Source: Macrostomum lignano (lineage: Eukaryota). From it: a stretch of 64,000 nucleotides of DNA. A program made the position numbers and the translations under genes. A model generated the notes under the pieces. That model searched no databases, was not told the origin of the DNA, and was given only the letters and a program-made list of their open reading frames with translations. The DNA lies in NCBI GenBank assembly GCA_002269645.1, contig NIVC01001392.1, positions 62,001 to 126,000 on the forward strand. The letters are read 5' to 3'. This document shows positions 34,011 through 47,099 of this stretch, piece by piece (within the stretch, counting starts at the first letter, position 1; each line of letters starts with the position of its first letter).

Positions 34011-34760
34011 GAGAGTCAGAGAAAGGCGAGAGGGACAGCCGGCAGTGAACCTGGGGTCAGAAGAGAACAGTTCAAGTCAGAAAAGAGAAGCCGTACGACA
34101 CGAGCAGAGGCCAGAACTGCTGCGGCCAGAACAGTCCATAAACCAAAGTCGGGGGGCCACCAGCGAATCGGTTTGAATTTTTTAAAACTTACAAAATCGA
34201 GGCTGATTTGGTTACCAGGCGGATCCGAGCGCCAGCTGTTTACTCAGCATGGAACGCCTGGCATTTCAGGGTCAAAGAAAATAAGCAAGAGAGACCGCTG
34301 CCATGCACTCATTTTTGCTGCTTTTAGAAGCAGAGAGAAGGCGTCGGCAGCGGCAGCCTGGGCAAACACCGAAGGGCTAAGGTTGGGAAACTTCAGAGCC
34401 GCTGTTTCTCAGCCATGGAGATCGGGGATTCTAGAATCCGGCTTAGCATCTCAAGGGTCTGTATATAGATTAACAGGTAATGTAATACGCTCGTAACCAT
34501 TGATTGAAAGTTGAAAGTGCAGAGCTCAAAACGGCAGTTCTCAAAGAAGCGAGCGATGCGTCGGGTCTGCTCACGCTGAAGTGTAGAAATGATGAGGGCC
34601 ATTTTTAATAGGCTTTAAAATAGAACTGCTGGGGTCTAAGGCCACTGAGGTCTCTCTCTCGACTCTCTCTGTTTTCCTAGCTAGAGCCTTCAGCTCCATC
34701 TCCTTTTTGCCCCGCCGTTGTCCATCAGTTTCGTCTATGGCCCAGCCCTACCAGTGCCTT

Positions 34761-37700
34761 GCACGCGAAGGCGTATTCAGCATGCCAGTGAAGTATGAGA
34801 CAGACCAGGCCTATGGGCCTGGTAAAGGCTGGTGGGAGGTCTGCACCCTCTATTTGCCGCTGGCAGCCGCAGACCCCCCCCCCCCCAGGCTGTCTCGCAA
34901 GCCGACCCAGGGGTACCCGTCCCCGCGTGTGTTCAAGGCAGACCCTAGGGCTGCTGGACTGACTGGGCTCCGGCGCTGGGGACCCATCCAGTGGCTTGGG
35001 CCGAATTTGGGTATGCGGGTCTGGCTCACCAGCCTGCAGGCCGTGGTACTGCTCAACGTACCCTCTAATGCCTAAGGTGTTTGACCGTGCCGATGGGCTG
35101 GAAGGCCGGGGAGTAGTCCGGTCGCTAGCGGTCCCTTTTTCAAACCGGTTGGCTTGGGGTGTCGGCCAGTCGGGTACTCAACTCGCGTAACGAGTAGCCC
35201 TCCCCCGCTTTTCAGCTATGGCCACTAACGCCACCATCCCAAAAGAAACTGGCCCACCGAAATCAGCCGCTCCGGTAGCTACCACTGGTAGCTCCAACGC
35301 CCAACCTGGTCCAACCGGGCCAGCTGACGCTGCCGCCGAGCACCCTGGCCGCCAGTCTAGCCGACCGCGCACGGCCGAGTCCCGACGGCAGCAAAACATC
35401 TGCCGCAACCGTAAGCGGCAGGAGAAGCGGGCTGCTGCTGCGTCCGCGGAGGGCGGGCAAGCCGCGGTGAGGCCTTTGGGAGCCACCGCGGCGGGGAAGC
35501 CCTCTGGGGAGTCCGGTGGCGCGGCTGGGCCGTCAGGAACCGCCGTGTCCTCGGACTCTCAGGGGGGCAACCCTGCCGGCCTACCGCCTTCCAAGGACAA
35601 AGCGGCCCCGCTCAAGACCTCCGAGCCCTACGCCTCCAAGGTCAAGCAGCCGCTGCAACCCGCCGTGATGATCCTCGGTGGAGACTTCGATCTGACGCCC
35701 GAGCAGCTCGACGTCGCGCGCACTATGGCGCACCATCGACGAGGGCCTGCTCAATCTAACACTGGAGGGCGTCTTCGTGGACATCTTTAAGTCCACCAAG
35801 GCGAACGGGTGCATCCTACTGTGGTGCAAATCCGAGGAGAGCACCCAGCTCCTGCGGGATCAGCTGCCCAAGTTCGACTGGCACAGCGACCTGGGCCAGC
35901 TGACCTTCGCCTTGGAGAGCGAGCGGCCGAAGACCATCCGCCATCGGATTTGGGTCCCGGCCGACAGTGCGATCAAGTCCAGGGAGCACCTGCGGCAGCT
36001 CCTGCTCAAGCGGCACCCGGATCTTGACGCCAGTGGTCTTGTGTACCACAACACGGTCCGCAAGGCTCAAACCTCCACTTTGGTCTCCACCAACTGACCA
36101 TCCTCCGCTGTCAGGAGGGCAAGGTGGAGTCTAAGAACGACGGGAAGCGTGCCGCTCCCGGAGCTGGGGCTCAGGCTCCGCCGGCCAAGCGGCAGCAGCA
36201 ACCCGATCCCGAGCCTAATAAGGCTATTCGCGCTGCTGAGTCTGCCTCGCGCGGACGTAGACCCGCCCGCAGTAACCGGCGGTCCGGGCTAATCCAGCGC
36301 GCACTTGACGAAGCTCAGTCTATGAGACTTCACCTCGAGCAGACTCATGCCGCTCGTAAAACCACACAAAGCCAGCCGAAGGAGCTGGACGACGGCACGG
36401 CTCAACCATCCAACTGGTGGATTGCCACCAGGAGGATGCTGCCGGCCGAGCTCAGACTCCCGACGGCGGGGCGCAAGGCAAAGGCAGCAGCCGTACCCCA
36501 GTCGCTGGGGAGGAGGGCGGTGTAGCGCGGCTAGGTGACTCACCTGCCGTGGGCGCCGTGTCCGCCTCCGCGGCGGCTGGGGAGGCGGCTGAGCCTGAGC
36601 CAATGGAAATTGGCGACTCAACTCTCACCGATGAGGCTGAAAATGGGTTGCCTTTCTCCTCCCCTGGACAGTAGACATGACTGTCTCCCAGGGCATTCAC
36701 TGCTTGCAGGTCAACCTGCAGCATAGCATTGCTGCTTCAGTCAACCTCTTGAAGCACACTGACCAATACGCACCAGGGATTATCCTTATCCAGGAACCGT
36801 GGATGCTAAGGGGCAGGCAGCCCCCAACATGTCCCCACCGGCTGCCAGTGTTTAACCGCAGGCACCCGGAGGGAAACCTGACACCAAGATCCTGCATCAT
36901 GGTGTCCAGTTCTATTAACGCATGGCTCAGATCGGACCTGTCCACCAGGGAAATCTGCGTCATCCAATCTGAAGACATACTCCCTGGGAGGACTACCCTC
37001 ATCACTTCGGTTTACCTACCGGGCGACGGCGAGATGATCCCAGGTCGAGCTTTGCTCCACCAGAAATTATGAGCTGCTTGTGGCAGGCGATATCAATGCC
37101 CACCACACCCACTGGGGCAGTTCTGATATTAACCAGAGAGGTAAAGACTTCCTGGCTTATATAACTATTACTAGCCTTAAGTTCTGTAACTCGGGTAGCA
37201 CCCCTACCTTCAATGACGGACGCCGATCGGAGGTGCTGGATGCCACCCTTGCCACGCCCAGGCTCTTCCGGAGCACTAGAGAGTGGCGGGTGCTTCCTAA
37301 GGCGTCCCTCTCCGATCACAAGTTCATCTCTTTCACGCTGGCCGGCGCCCGAAACGGAACGGAAACGGAATGCTAGGAATACCGATTGGACCGCCTTCAG
37401 GCTTGCCTTGGAGGAGACCTATCGTTGCACTAGCGCTCCAGTCTCCATCAACACCTGCGAGGAAGCAGGTGAATTTTGCGGCCGTACTCACGGACTCGCT
37501 CACTGCTGCCTTCGAAGCCTCATGCCCACTAAAGGCATATAAAGGCAAACAGTCGGCCCCATGGTGGAACCCGCAGCTTGGCGACCTCCGTCGCAGAGCT
37601 AAAAGACTTCACAGTATGGCCCAAAAAACTAAAAACCCGGCCGACCAAACCGCCTACCTGAACTCTATCCACGAGTTCAAGAGGCAGGTTAGGAACACAA

Positions 37701-40649
37701 AAACCAATAAGTGGCGCGAATACTGTGAGGAACTTGAGGGCTCCCGCCCCACCTCCAGAATCGTTAAAGCCCTCACTCTGGACAAAATGTCCAAACTCTC
37801 ATCAGTAAAGAGAGCCGACGGCTCGCTCACTGAGAACCCAGGAGAAACGCTGGAGGCGATGCTAACAGCGTTTTTCCCGAACGAGCCAGCCAGGCCCGAC
37901 CCCCCTGACCACTCAGTGGGCCGACATGTTTCGGCTGACTCAATCATTACGCAGGACCGCGTCACTAAAGCAGTCTCCTCCTTCAAACCCTTCAAATCCC
38001 CAGGACCGGACGGCGTTGTGCCAATCTTCCTGTGTGAGGCGGTGAAATGCACCGGTTTCCTGCGGAACCTTTGCCGGCTCCTGGAAGCTTGCATTGTACT
38101 CGGCTTTGTTCCGAAAACGTGAACCGAGGCCAGGGTGGTTTTTATCCCCAAGCCCGGCCGACCGGACTACCGGTCCATTAAATCCTTCAGACCAATTAGC
38201 CTCACCTCCTCACTGGTGAAGCTGTTAGACTTAGAGACTGGTGCTTTGGCGCCTCCTCTCTGTGGAACTGAAGAACAAGCCGCTCAAAGAGAACCAGCAC
38301 TCCTTTAGGGCAGGCAGGTCCACGGATAGCGCGCTTCACGTCTTGGTCGACATGCTGGAGAAAGCCGTTCTTGATAATGGCTACGCTCTCGCTGTCTTCC
38401 TCGACATTGTTGGAGCCTTCGATAATGTCCTCTTTGAGGCTTCTGACAGAGCTCTACGTGCTAGAGGAACCCACTCGCACCTCACCCGGTGGATCATGTA
38501 AGTGATCAGCCACCGTTACTGCCACCGCACACCTGTTGGGCCACCAACGGACGGTAACCGTCTGCAAAGGCAGCCCCCAAGGCGGTGTCCTCTCTCCAGT
38601 TCTCTGAAACATGGTCATCGATGAGCTCCTTCAGGACAGCCATCTTGACCCCATCCTTAAGGTCGGTTACGCCGATGACGTCACAGCTGTAGCATCCGAA
38701 CCGTCACCCGAAACCCTTAGGGATCTTCTGCAAAAGATTTTTCGCTCTGCTGAACAATGGGCGGACTGGTGCGGCCTCAGGCTCTCCGAGACCAAAACTG
38801 TCGCGATCATGTTCACCAGCGGGGTCAACTGGCGTATTCGCCCACTAAAGCTTTACGCGTGGAAATCCCATCCTGCAAGCGAACCAAGTGTCTCGGCGTT
38901 ACACTGTGATCAAATCTGTGATCAAACGAATAATGGGTAATGGCGCATATATGGTACACATACGAGCTAGCTGGGACATTATTTCAGCACAGTGAATGTG
39001 CGCAGATTAAGCCATTGACGAAATCGCAAGATGTAGAATGAGTGAAATAGTGGAGTTGAAGGCACTGGTAGGCTTTGACTTACTTGACTTAGCTGCAGGG
39101 CGGTCTGAAGACGCAGCGGGGAGGCGAGCGTCGCCCATTCCGCTACTCCCTGAGAAGCCCGCATAGGCTAGGGCGCGTTCAGACCAAAACCAAAAAAGCC
39201 CTCGCGATTCTTGCGCAGCTGCGCAGGGCCGTCGGCACCACCTGGGGCCTCACCCCGAAGCGGCTCTGGTGGATCTATACCGCAATGGTCCGACCGGCCG
39301 TTACTTACGCCGGCCTGGTCTGGACCTGCGCCTTGCAGATTAAAACATGCCACGAAGCCCTCAAAAAGGTGCAGGGACGCGCGTGCCGCATGATCTTGAA
39401 TGCCCCGCTCTCTGCTCCCTTTGACGGCCTCAACGCCTTCCTCTGCCTCCCGCCTCTGGACATCTTCGTCCGTCGCGAGGCTGCTAAAACCACCCGCCGG
39501 CTCATCGAAGCTGGTGTTAACTTCAAGCCACAAAGAGCGATGGCGAAGCGCAAGCTCCTGCCGCACTCTGACCTGTGCCTTAAAGTTCTGGAGGAGAGTG
39601 GGAGTGCGGCTGTCCTTTCGGACGCTGAGCCGCGCTTTCTCAATCTCTACCAACGCTTCAAGGTCACGATCCCCTCTAGGGAGAACGCCAACAACAGCCG
39701 GGCCCCTCAGGAGGTTCACTGCTTCACTGACGGATCCTCCAAAGACGGTTTATCCGGCTTTGGAGTCTGCATCCTTAATGGCCGCGTGATCGCCACTCTC
39801 GCCCAACACACTGGCAGACTCTCCAGCGTCTTCCAGAACGAAGTCCTTGCCATCAGCTCCTGTGCAGCTGAGCTCCACTCCAGGGACTTCAAAGACAGAA
39901 GAATCTTCTTCCACTCTGACAGCCAGGCCGCTTTGCAGGCCCTGTGTCACACCACTACGAACTCCCGATCAGTCCGCGACTGTATCGGGCAGCTCAACAA
40001 GCTGGCTCGGAGAAACACCGTCCGGCTTACGTGGATCCCAGGTCACGCCGGTTTCAAAGGTCAAGGCGGGTAGCTCCAGCTCGCTACTTGACCCCGTGCC
40101 TCTGGCCCCCATCCCCGCCACGGTCATTAATCGTCAAATTAACGACTGGGCGGACATCCTGCACTTGCGCAGATGGGATGGCATTTCCAATGCCGCCAAT
40201 CCCATGCGGCAGTGCCCAATCCGTCCATCAAGCTGCGGAGAATCATTCTGAATCAAAATCGAAAAGATATCCGCGCTCTCACTATGACCTTCACAGGTCA
40301 CGGTTGCTTTGCCAGGCACTGTTTCCTCCGAAGTGTTCACCGGAGCGAACTCTGCTCTTTCTGCAGCCTCGAGAACGAAGATGCCAAGCCGAGACCGGCT
40401 CAGCCAGCTCGGGCCCAACCCGTCCCTGGACGACGCTTGCCGGCCCGAGAACATCCCACGGCTCATCCGGTTCCTCAGGGCCACCAAACGAGCCTCTGTC
40501 TTTCCCACCGAAGACAACGCTGCAGACAGGACCGGCAGACCTCCCTGACCGGCCCCGCGCCCTAGCCTATGCGGGCCTTTCAGGGATTAGCGGAATGGGC
40601 GACTGCGCTGCGTCTTCGGACCGCCCTGCAGCTAAGTCAAGTAAGTCAA
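34761..40649 (+). mobile_element. Full-length, decayed non-LTR retrotransposon of the LOA/R1 (I-group) type: ORF1 plus APE-RT-RNase H ORF2
   Basis: TSD CCTACCAGTGCCTT at 34747-34760 and 40652-40665. ORF1 ~35218-36100, frameshifted. APE from 36677 (QVNLQHS, LIQEPW, GDINAHH..WGS, N.GSTPTF, SDHKFISF). RT 37370-38900 (PWWNPQL, KSPGPDG, FIPKPG, RPISLTS, HSFRAGRST, FLDIVGAFD, GSPQGGVLSP, GYADD, LGVTL). RNase H ~39720-40070 (FTDGS, VFQNEV.AI, SDSQAAL, WIPGHAG), then a TGH/Cys tail. Short AAGTC-type tandem 3' tail. Multiple stops and frameshifts. Confidence 0.93.
38905..39177 (-). repeat. Inverted copy of 40556-40816 inserted into the LINE RT region
   Basis: The reverse complement matches the LINE 3' UTR, tail, TSD and ~150 bp of downstream flank. 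Confidence 0.92.
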
Positions 40650-41714
40650 AGCCTACCAGTGCCTTCAACTCCACTATTTCACTCATTCTACATCTTGCGA
40701 TTTCGTCAATGGCTTAATCTGCGCACATTCACTGTGCTGAAATAATGTCCCAGCTAGCTCGTATGTGTACCATATACAATGCGCCATTACCCATTATTAG
40801 TTTGATCACAGATTTGCTTTACTTCACAGAATTAAAGAATCATCATTAAAAAACAATTCCTAAAACTGGAATCCTCAAAGTCCTAAAACTGGCCTAACTG
40901 GCCTAGCTCGCGAGGGGCTAACAGCATAAACTGATCAACAGCATAGGGGAAAGTGCAACTCTACAGTTCTAGAAACTTCCATGCACCACGCATTCACCGC
41001 GACGGAATCCAACGAAAAAGAGCAATAAATTATTTACAGCCGATGCTTTATGATCGCATGAGCTTCTGCCTTTTACGGCAAAAAAATTTGGTGCGCGTTT
41101 CGAATACCGAGCATGCGCAGGATTGGCGGCGCCTCTTAATTATCATAATTTATTCAGAGCTGAATATTTGCCCAGCCGCAGCTTCCAGGCCGCGGCAAAC
41201 AGTATTCACCAGCTGGGACGCTTTCTCCATCTCTTTCAGCTGCAGCTTTGCCACCCTTCCACCCTTTAAATGATGGTGAATAATGATTTGGCAAAAGTCA
41301 ACCGCGGGCCTGCCAAGCCTCCAGCAGCAGTAGCCATTGGATTTCTTTTTAGAGCTGGAGATCTGCTGCAAACTGCGGCCTCTACCCCCCCCCCCCAATG
41401 GGATTCTCACGGTGGAGCAGGCCGCTGATTGAGAAGCGGTCTCCGGGGCCCCTCATTTAATATTCTATGCGCCTGCACGTTGTGGCTTCATCAAGTCGTA
41501 GGCAGCCAATCCATAATTACTCCACTCGCTCAGTCTCTGTGTCATAATTAATTGCCAGGGGGGGCTGGCAGTGAAATTTAATGCATAGCCAACAATTGGC
41601 GCGCACGAAACTTACTGACAGGGTCATAAATTAATGATGACCGATTGAAGCACTTCAGATTTCCGATTTCTGGGGAGGATTGATTCATTGGTTGCCAACT
41701 TGTGAGGCTCTGGA

Positions 41715-43795
41715 ATGTGGAGAAACATGAAGAATTGTGGAGCAATGTAGAGAATTGTAGAGAATTGTAGAGAATTGTAGAGAATTGTAGAGAATTGTAG
41801 AGAATTGTAGAGAATTGTAGAGAATTGTAGAGAATTGTAGAGAAATGTGGAGAATTGTAGAGAATTGTGGAGAAATGTGGAGAATTGTGGAGAAATGTGG
41901 AGAATTGTGGAGAAATGTGGAGAATTGTAGAGAATTGTGGAGAAATGTGGAGAATTGTGGAGAAATGTAGAGAATTGTAGAGAATTGTAGAGAATTGTAG
42001 AGAATTGTGGAGAAATGTGGAGAATTGTGGAGAAATGTAGAGAATTGTAGAGAATTGTAGAGAATTGTAGAGAATTGTGGAGAAATGTGGAGAATTGTGG
42101 AGAAATGTGGAGAATTGTGGAGAAATGTGGAGAATTGTAGAGAATTGTGGAGAAATGTGGAGAATTGTAGAGAATTGTGGAGAAATGTGGAGAATTGTGG
42201 AGAAATGTGGAGAATTGTGGAGAAATGTGGAGAATTGTAGAGAATTGTGGAGAAATGTGGAGAATTGTGGAGAAATGTGGAGAATTGTAGAGAATTGTGG
42301 AGAAATGTGGAGAAATGTGGAGAAATGTGGAGAAATGTGGAGAACTGTGGAGAACTGTGGAGAATTGTGGAGAATTGTAGAGAAATGTGGAGAATTGTGG
42401 AGAATTGTGGAGAATTGTGGAGAAATGTGGAGAATTGTGGAGAAATGTGGAGAATTGTAGAGAAATGTGGAGAATTGTAGAGAAATGTGGAGAATTGCGG
42501 AGAAATGTGGAGAATGTGGAGAAACACGGAGAATGTGGAGAAACATGGAGAATGTGGAGATACATGGAGAATGTGGAAAAACACGGAGAATGTGGAGAAA
42601 CATGGAGAATGTGGAGATACATGGAGAATGTGGAAAAACACGGAGAATGTGGAGAAACATGGAGAATGTGGAGATACATGGAGAATGTGGAGAAACATGG
42701 AGAATGTGGAGAAACATGGAGAATGTGGAGAAACATGGAGAATGTGGAGAAACATGGAGAATGTGGAGAAACATGGAGAATGTGGAGAAACATGGAGAAT
42801 GTGGAGAAACATGGAGAATGTGGAGAAACATGGAGAATGTGGAGAAACATGGAGAATGTGGAGAAACATGGAGAATGTGGAGAAACATGGAGAATGTGGA
42901 GAAACATGGAGAATGTGGAGAAACATGGAGAATGTGGAGAAACATGGAGAATGTGGAGAAACATGGAGAATGTGGAGATACATAGAGAATGTGGAGAAAC
43001 ATGGAGAATGTGGAGAAACATGGAGAATGTGGAGAAACATGGAGAATGTGGAGAAACATGGAGAATGTGGAGAAACATGGAGAATGTGGAGAAACATGGA
43101 GAATGTGGAGAAACATGGAGAATGTGGAGAAACATGGAGAATGTGGAGAAACATGGAGAATGTGGAGAAACATGGAGAATGTGGAGATACATAGAGAATG
43201 TGGAGAAACATGGAGAATGTGGAGAAACATGGAGAATGTGGAGAAACATGGAGAATGTGGAGAAACATGGAGAATGTGGAGAAACATGGAGAATGTGGAG
43301 AAACATGGAGAATGTGGAGAAACATGGAGAATGTGGAGAAACATGGAGAATGTGGAGAAACATGGAGAATGTGGAGAAACATGGAGAATGTGGAGAAACA
43401 TGGAGAATGTGGAGAAACATGGAGAATGTGGAGAAACATGGAGAATGTGGAGAAACATGGAGAATGTGGAGAAACATGGAGAATGTGGAGATACATAGAG
43501 AATGTGGAGAAACATGGAGAATGTGGAGAAACATGGAGAATGTGGAGAAACATGGAGAATGTGGAGAAACATGGAGAATGTGGAGAAACATAGAGAATGT
43601 GGAGAAACATGGAGAATGTGGAGAAACATGGAGAATGTGGAGATACATAGAGAATGTGGAGAAACATGGAGAATGTGGAGAAACATGGAGAATGTGGAGA
43701 AACATGGAGAATGTGGAGAAACATGGAGAATGTGGAGAAACATGGAGAATGTGGAGAAATGTGGAGAATTGTGGAGAATTGTGGAGAAACATGGA
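41715..43795. repeat. Bipartite satellite: 10-bp units (GAGAATTGTA/GAGAATTGTG/GAGAAATGTG), then 19-bp units (GAGAATGTGGAGAAACATG)
   Basis: 10-mer domain ~41744-42510; 19-mer domain ~42510-43760. Confidence 0.98.
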
Positions 43796-44290
43796 GGAAA
43801 ATGAACAAAAAACCAAGCAGTACAAACTGTATTTTAACTTTCAAAGAAAGAATTTTATTTCTTATTTAAGCAAAACTTCTCAGCAGCGGTCAGGGAGGGA
43901 ACTGCATGGTACGTAAGCAACAGACACCTCACTTGAGATACTTGAGTTCATCTTAATCCATATTGGGTCTTATATCCACCTGATCTGGTTTATTGATCTG
44001 AAACTTAATATTTAGCAACAATTCCGCAAGGCCAATCCGTGAAGTCGCTCATCAGAAGCAGGGGGCACTCAAATCAGGTAAGGTCGCAATTATAGATAAC
44101 TTACGCATCTATATATAGAAAACCAAATAGCAGTATTAGAGCAGTTATTAAACAGATGCATGCAAGCATATAGGTAAACACCTCAGATCAGTTTTACGTC
44201 GTACGATCTACTGAATTTACAATACAAAAAATCCCATCTTAAAATATTGTCCGCCTGTCTTCTGGTTTCAGGGACAGACCTGCAGACGAC

Positions 44291-46949
44291 TTAGCACAGC
44301 ACATCCGCGATGGCTTTGCGCTGCTCCGCGCTCAATTTGGTTGGGAACTGGACGTTGAAGCGAATGTGCAGGTCGCCCTTCTGTGCCGGGTTCTCCGGCA
44401 GTGGCATTCCCTCGCCTGGCACCGTCTTCACGAAGGTCGGGCTGAAGAGGGAAAAGAGTTAGTGGCGAATGCATATGTTCACCAATTGGATAACGTGACT
44501 ACTCTGTAGCCAATCTGATGTAACCTCAGTTTGCAATGTACAGTGAACATCTCTTACTCCTCCTATCCCCTGTCTCGCACAGCCAACCTCCCGACCAGAT
44601 TACAAATGTACATTCAACATCTCCCCCTGCCGCGCACAGCCAACCTCACGACCAGATTACAAATGTACATTCAACATCTCCCCCTGCCGCGCACAGCCAA
44701 CCTCACGACCAGATTACAGATGTACATTCAACATCTCCCCCTGCCGGGCACAGCAAACCTCACGACCAGACTACAGATGTACATTCAACATCTCCTGCCG
44801 CGCACAGCCAACCTCACGACCAGATTACAGATGTACATTCAACATCTCCCCCTGCCGCGCACAGCCAACCTCACGACCAGATTACAAATGTACATTCAAC
44901 ATCTCCCCCTGCCGCGCACAGCCAACCTCCCGACCAGATTACAGATGTACATTCAACATCTCCCCTGCCGCGCACAGCCAACCTCACGACCAGATTACAA
45001 ATTTCATTAAAAATCTACGGACCAAGTATTCAAATAAGCAGCAAATCTATACAACTGTGAACGCGTACAAGCGAGTAAGATCATCAAAGCAATTGAGCAA
45101 CTCACTGCACAATGTCGGTGATGGGAATATGCAGAACACGATCATCCAGAGTTGTAATATTAACCGTGTAAGATGTGAGAGCCCTACCCAGGGGGATGTC
45201 AGCCGTGTAGATGAGGTCCGAGCCCTCACGACGGAACCTCGGGTGCGGCTTGTCCTTCACGACAAACACGATGTCAGCTGAAAGAAATAGTTTAAATTTC
45301 AAGTTAGAAAATAAAACCTTAGCTTAAAAAATGACTACCGCTATGTTCATCTTACCTGGAACATTGTTCGGCCCCTGGTCGCCCTCCTCGGGAAAGGTGA
45401 TCTTGGTGCCCTGCCGCCAGCCGCGCTTCACAACTATTGTCAGAATCTTCTCCCTCACGCTGCTCGTGTGTCCGTCCTCGTTCATCACCTGCGACAGGGT
45501 CGGGAGAAAAATTAACAATAATTCTTCTCATAACTAAATCTGTGGCTAGTGTCAGCTATACGAGGTAGTTTTCCATCACAGGCCGTGCTTCGAAACCATG
45601 AAATTCTAGTCTGTTGCGCTATTGGATCAAACTGACTCGCTCACTACTAACAGTAGCAAAACTCACCCGTCTCGCAATTTTCATTTTCTTAACGCAGCCG
45701 TGGAAAATTTCCTCTAGCGACACGACCAGGTCGCGCTCGATCGGCTCGTCCTTCTTCTTCTGGCCACGGCCGTGCAGGCCGCCGAAGCTCATGTGCATGT
45801 CGCCGTCGACGCGGTCGAAGAACTCGCGGAACGGATTGTCATTGCCGAAGAATTCCAAGAAAACGCGCAGAGGGTCGCCGTGGAATGTGTAGCCCTCCGT
45901 GTGCGCTCCGCTCCGGTTGAAGCCGTGCGGCACGCCGGCTTTCAAGCCCTCCTCGCCGAACTGGTCGTAGACAGCGCGCTTCCGGTTGTCTGACAGGACA
46001 TCGTAGGCCTCGGCGATTTGTAGAAATTTCTCTTTGGCCGACTCTTCTGCATTCTTCTGCGGGTGGTACTTCAGGGCGAGCTTGCGGTACCTGCGGGAGG
46101 CAAGACGAAGCACCAATAGTTGAGAAATTCCAAGTTATATTTAGTATCTTTTAGATATATCTCTGGAGTAGAAGAAATTGAAAATGAAAGCTTCAGTCAG
46201 GCTTAGTAATTATGCAAATATTTTTATAAGGTTTTTATTTAAACACCAATTTGACAATCTACAATACACACAAACTAAAGATACCTCTGGAGTGCAACTA
46301 ATAATAACTGTCATTAAAGTTATTACGAGTTGTATTCACTTAATTTCTAAGCTCTGTTTCTAACGACAATTCTATTTAAAGATGTTGAAATTGGATATAA
46401 ATAGGAATTACAATTTAATATTTTCTAGCTGAGGTCACCAATTTTTTTACTTAATAATTAAAAGTATAACAATTCACTGGAAAGACAAATCGATTTAAAA
46501 AGCATCTCTGAAAGTAAAAATATAAAATTCAGGCGTTATTTTTTCTACTTGAGACTAAATAAGAATAAATTAAAAGAATAATTTAACTTTGAATTTCACA
46601 CATATTTTTGATTTTCACATTTTTCAAATTTTTAAATAAAAATGGAACAAATAGCTACAACTACAAGAGCTTTTTACATAATACCCTAACCCTAAATACA
46701 AAAGTCCAAATTAATCATCAAGCTTTTTGCACATGGACATGGGGCCCATTTATTAAAGATTAAATTTTAAAATAAGCAGAAAATAATATATTTAAAATAT
46801 TTCCCACATTAATAAATAGCAAAGTAATCCTTCATAAGTATGCTATGAAACAGAGAACATAATTGTATAAGCAGCACTTACGCTCGCTTTACATCATCAA
46901 CTGTGCAGTTCGCAGATAGATTTAGGGTTTTGTAGTAGTCTCTGCCCAT
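44291..46949 (-). CDS. DNAJB13: DnaJ homolog subfamily B member 13 (radial spoke RSP16-like Hsp40), 5 exons, 315 aa
   Basis: Exons (minus): 46949-46882, 46090-45667, 45488-45356, 45277-45106, 44441-44291; all GT-AG with compatible phases, 948 nt in total. MGRDYY...[12 protein letters not shown] (HPQ in place of HPD, as expected for DNAJB13/RSP16), AEAYDVLSD...[60 protein letters not shown]. Confidence 0.95.
44570..45000. repeat. 57-bp minisatellite, ~7.5 copies, in DNAJB13 intron 4
   Basis: GCGCACAGCCAACCTCACGACCAGATTACA(A/G)ATGTACATTCAACATCTCCCCCTGCC repeats. Confidence 0.96.
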
Positions 46950-47084
46950 AGCTGTGCTTTTATTCTACCGAATTAATTCACCTCTGAAAACTTTAAGATT
47001 TTAAGACTAATACTACGATTATTCAGACTGCTAACTGCTAAGAAGTAGATTAAAGTTAAACGTTTCTCTATCGAACTCACATTA

Positions 47085-47099
47085 GTTGCTGCTGGCAAC
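47085..47099. promoter_or_regulatory. Candidate RFX X-box upstream of DNAJB13
   Basis: GTTGCT-GCT-GGCAAC fits GTNRCY-N(0-3)-RGYAAC and lies 136-150 bp upstream of the ATG of a motile-cilia gene. Confidence 0.6.

Noticed and set aside
34761-35217. HDV-like self-cleaving ribozyme in the LINE 5' UTR
   Set aside because: Several P3/L3-like TCC hairpins were seen, but none is followed by a compatible P1 strand, P1.1 GG and catalytic C by eye. A covariance-model search would be needed.
41578-43916. 500-730 aa ORFs on both strands
   Set aside because: Translations of the 10/19-bp satellite; open in multiple frames simply because the monomers lack stop codons.
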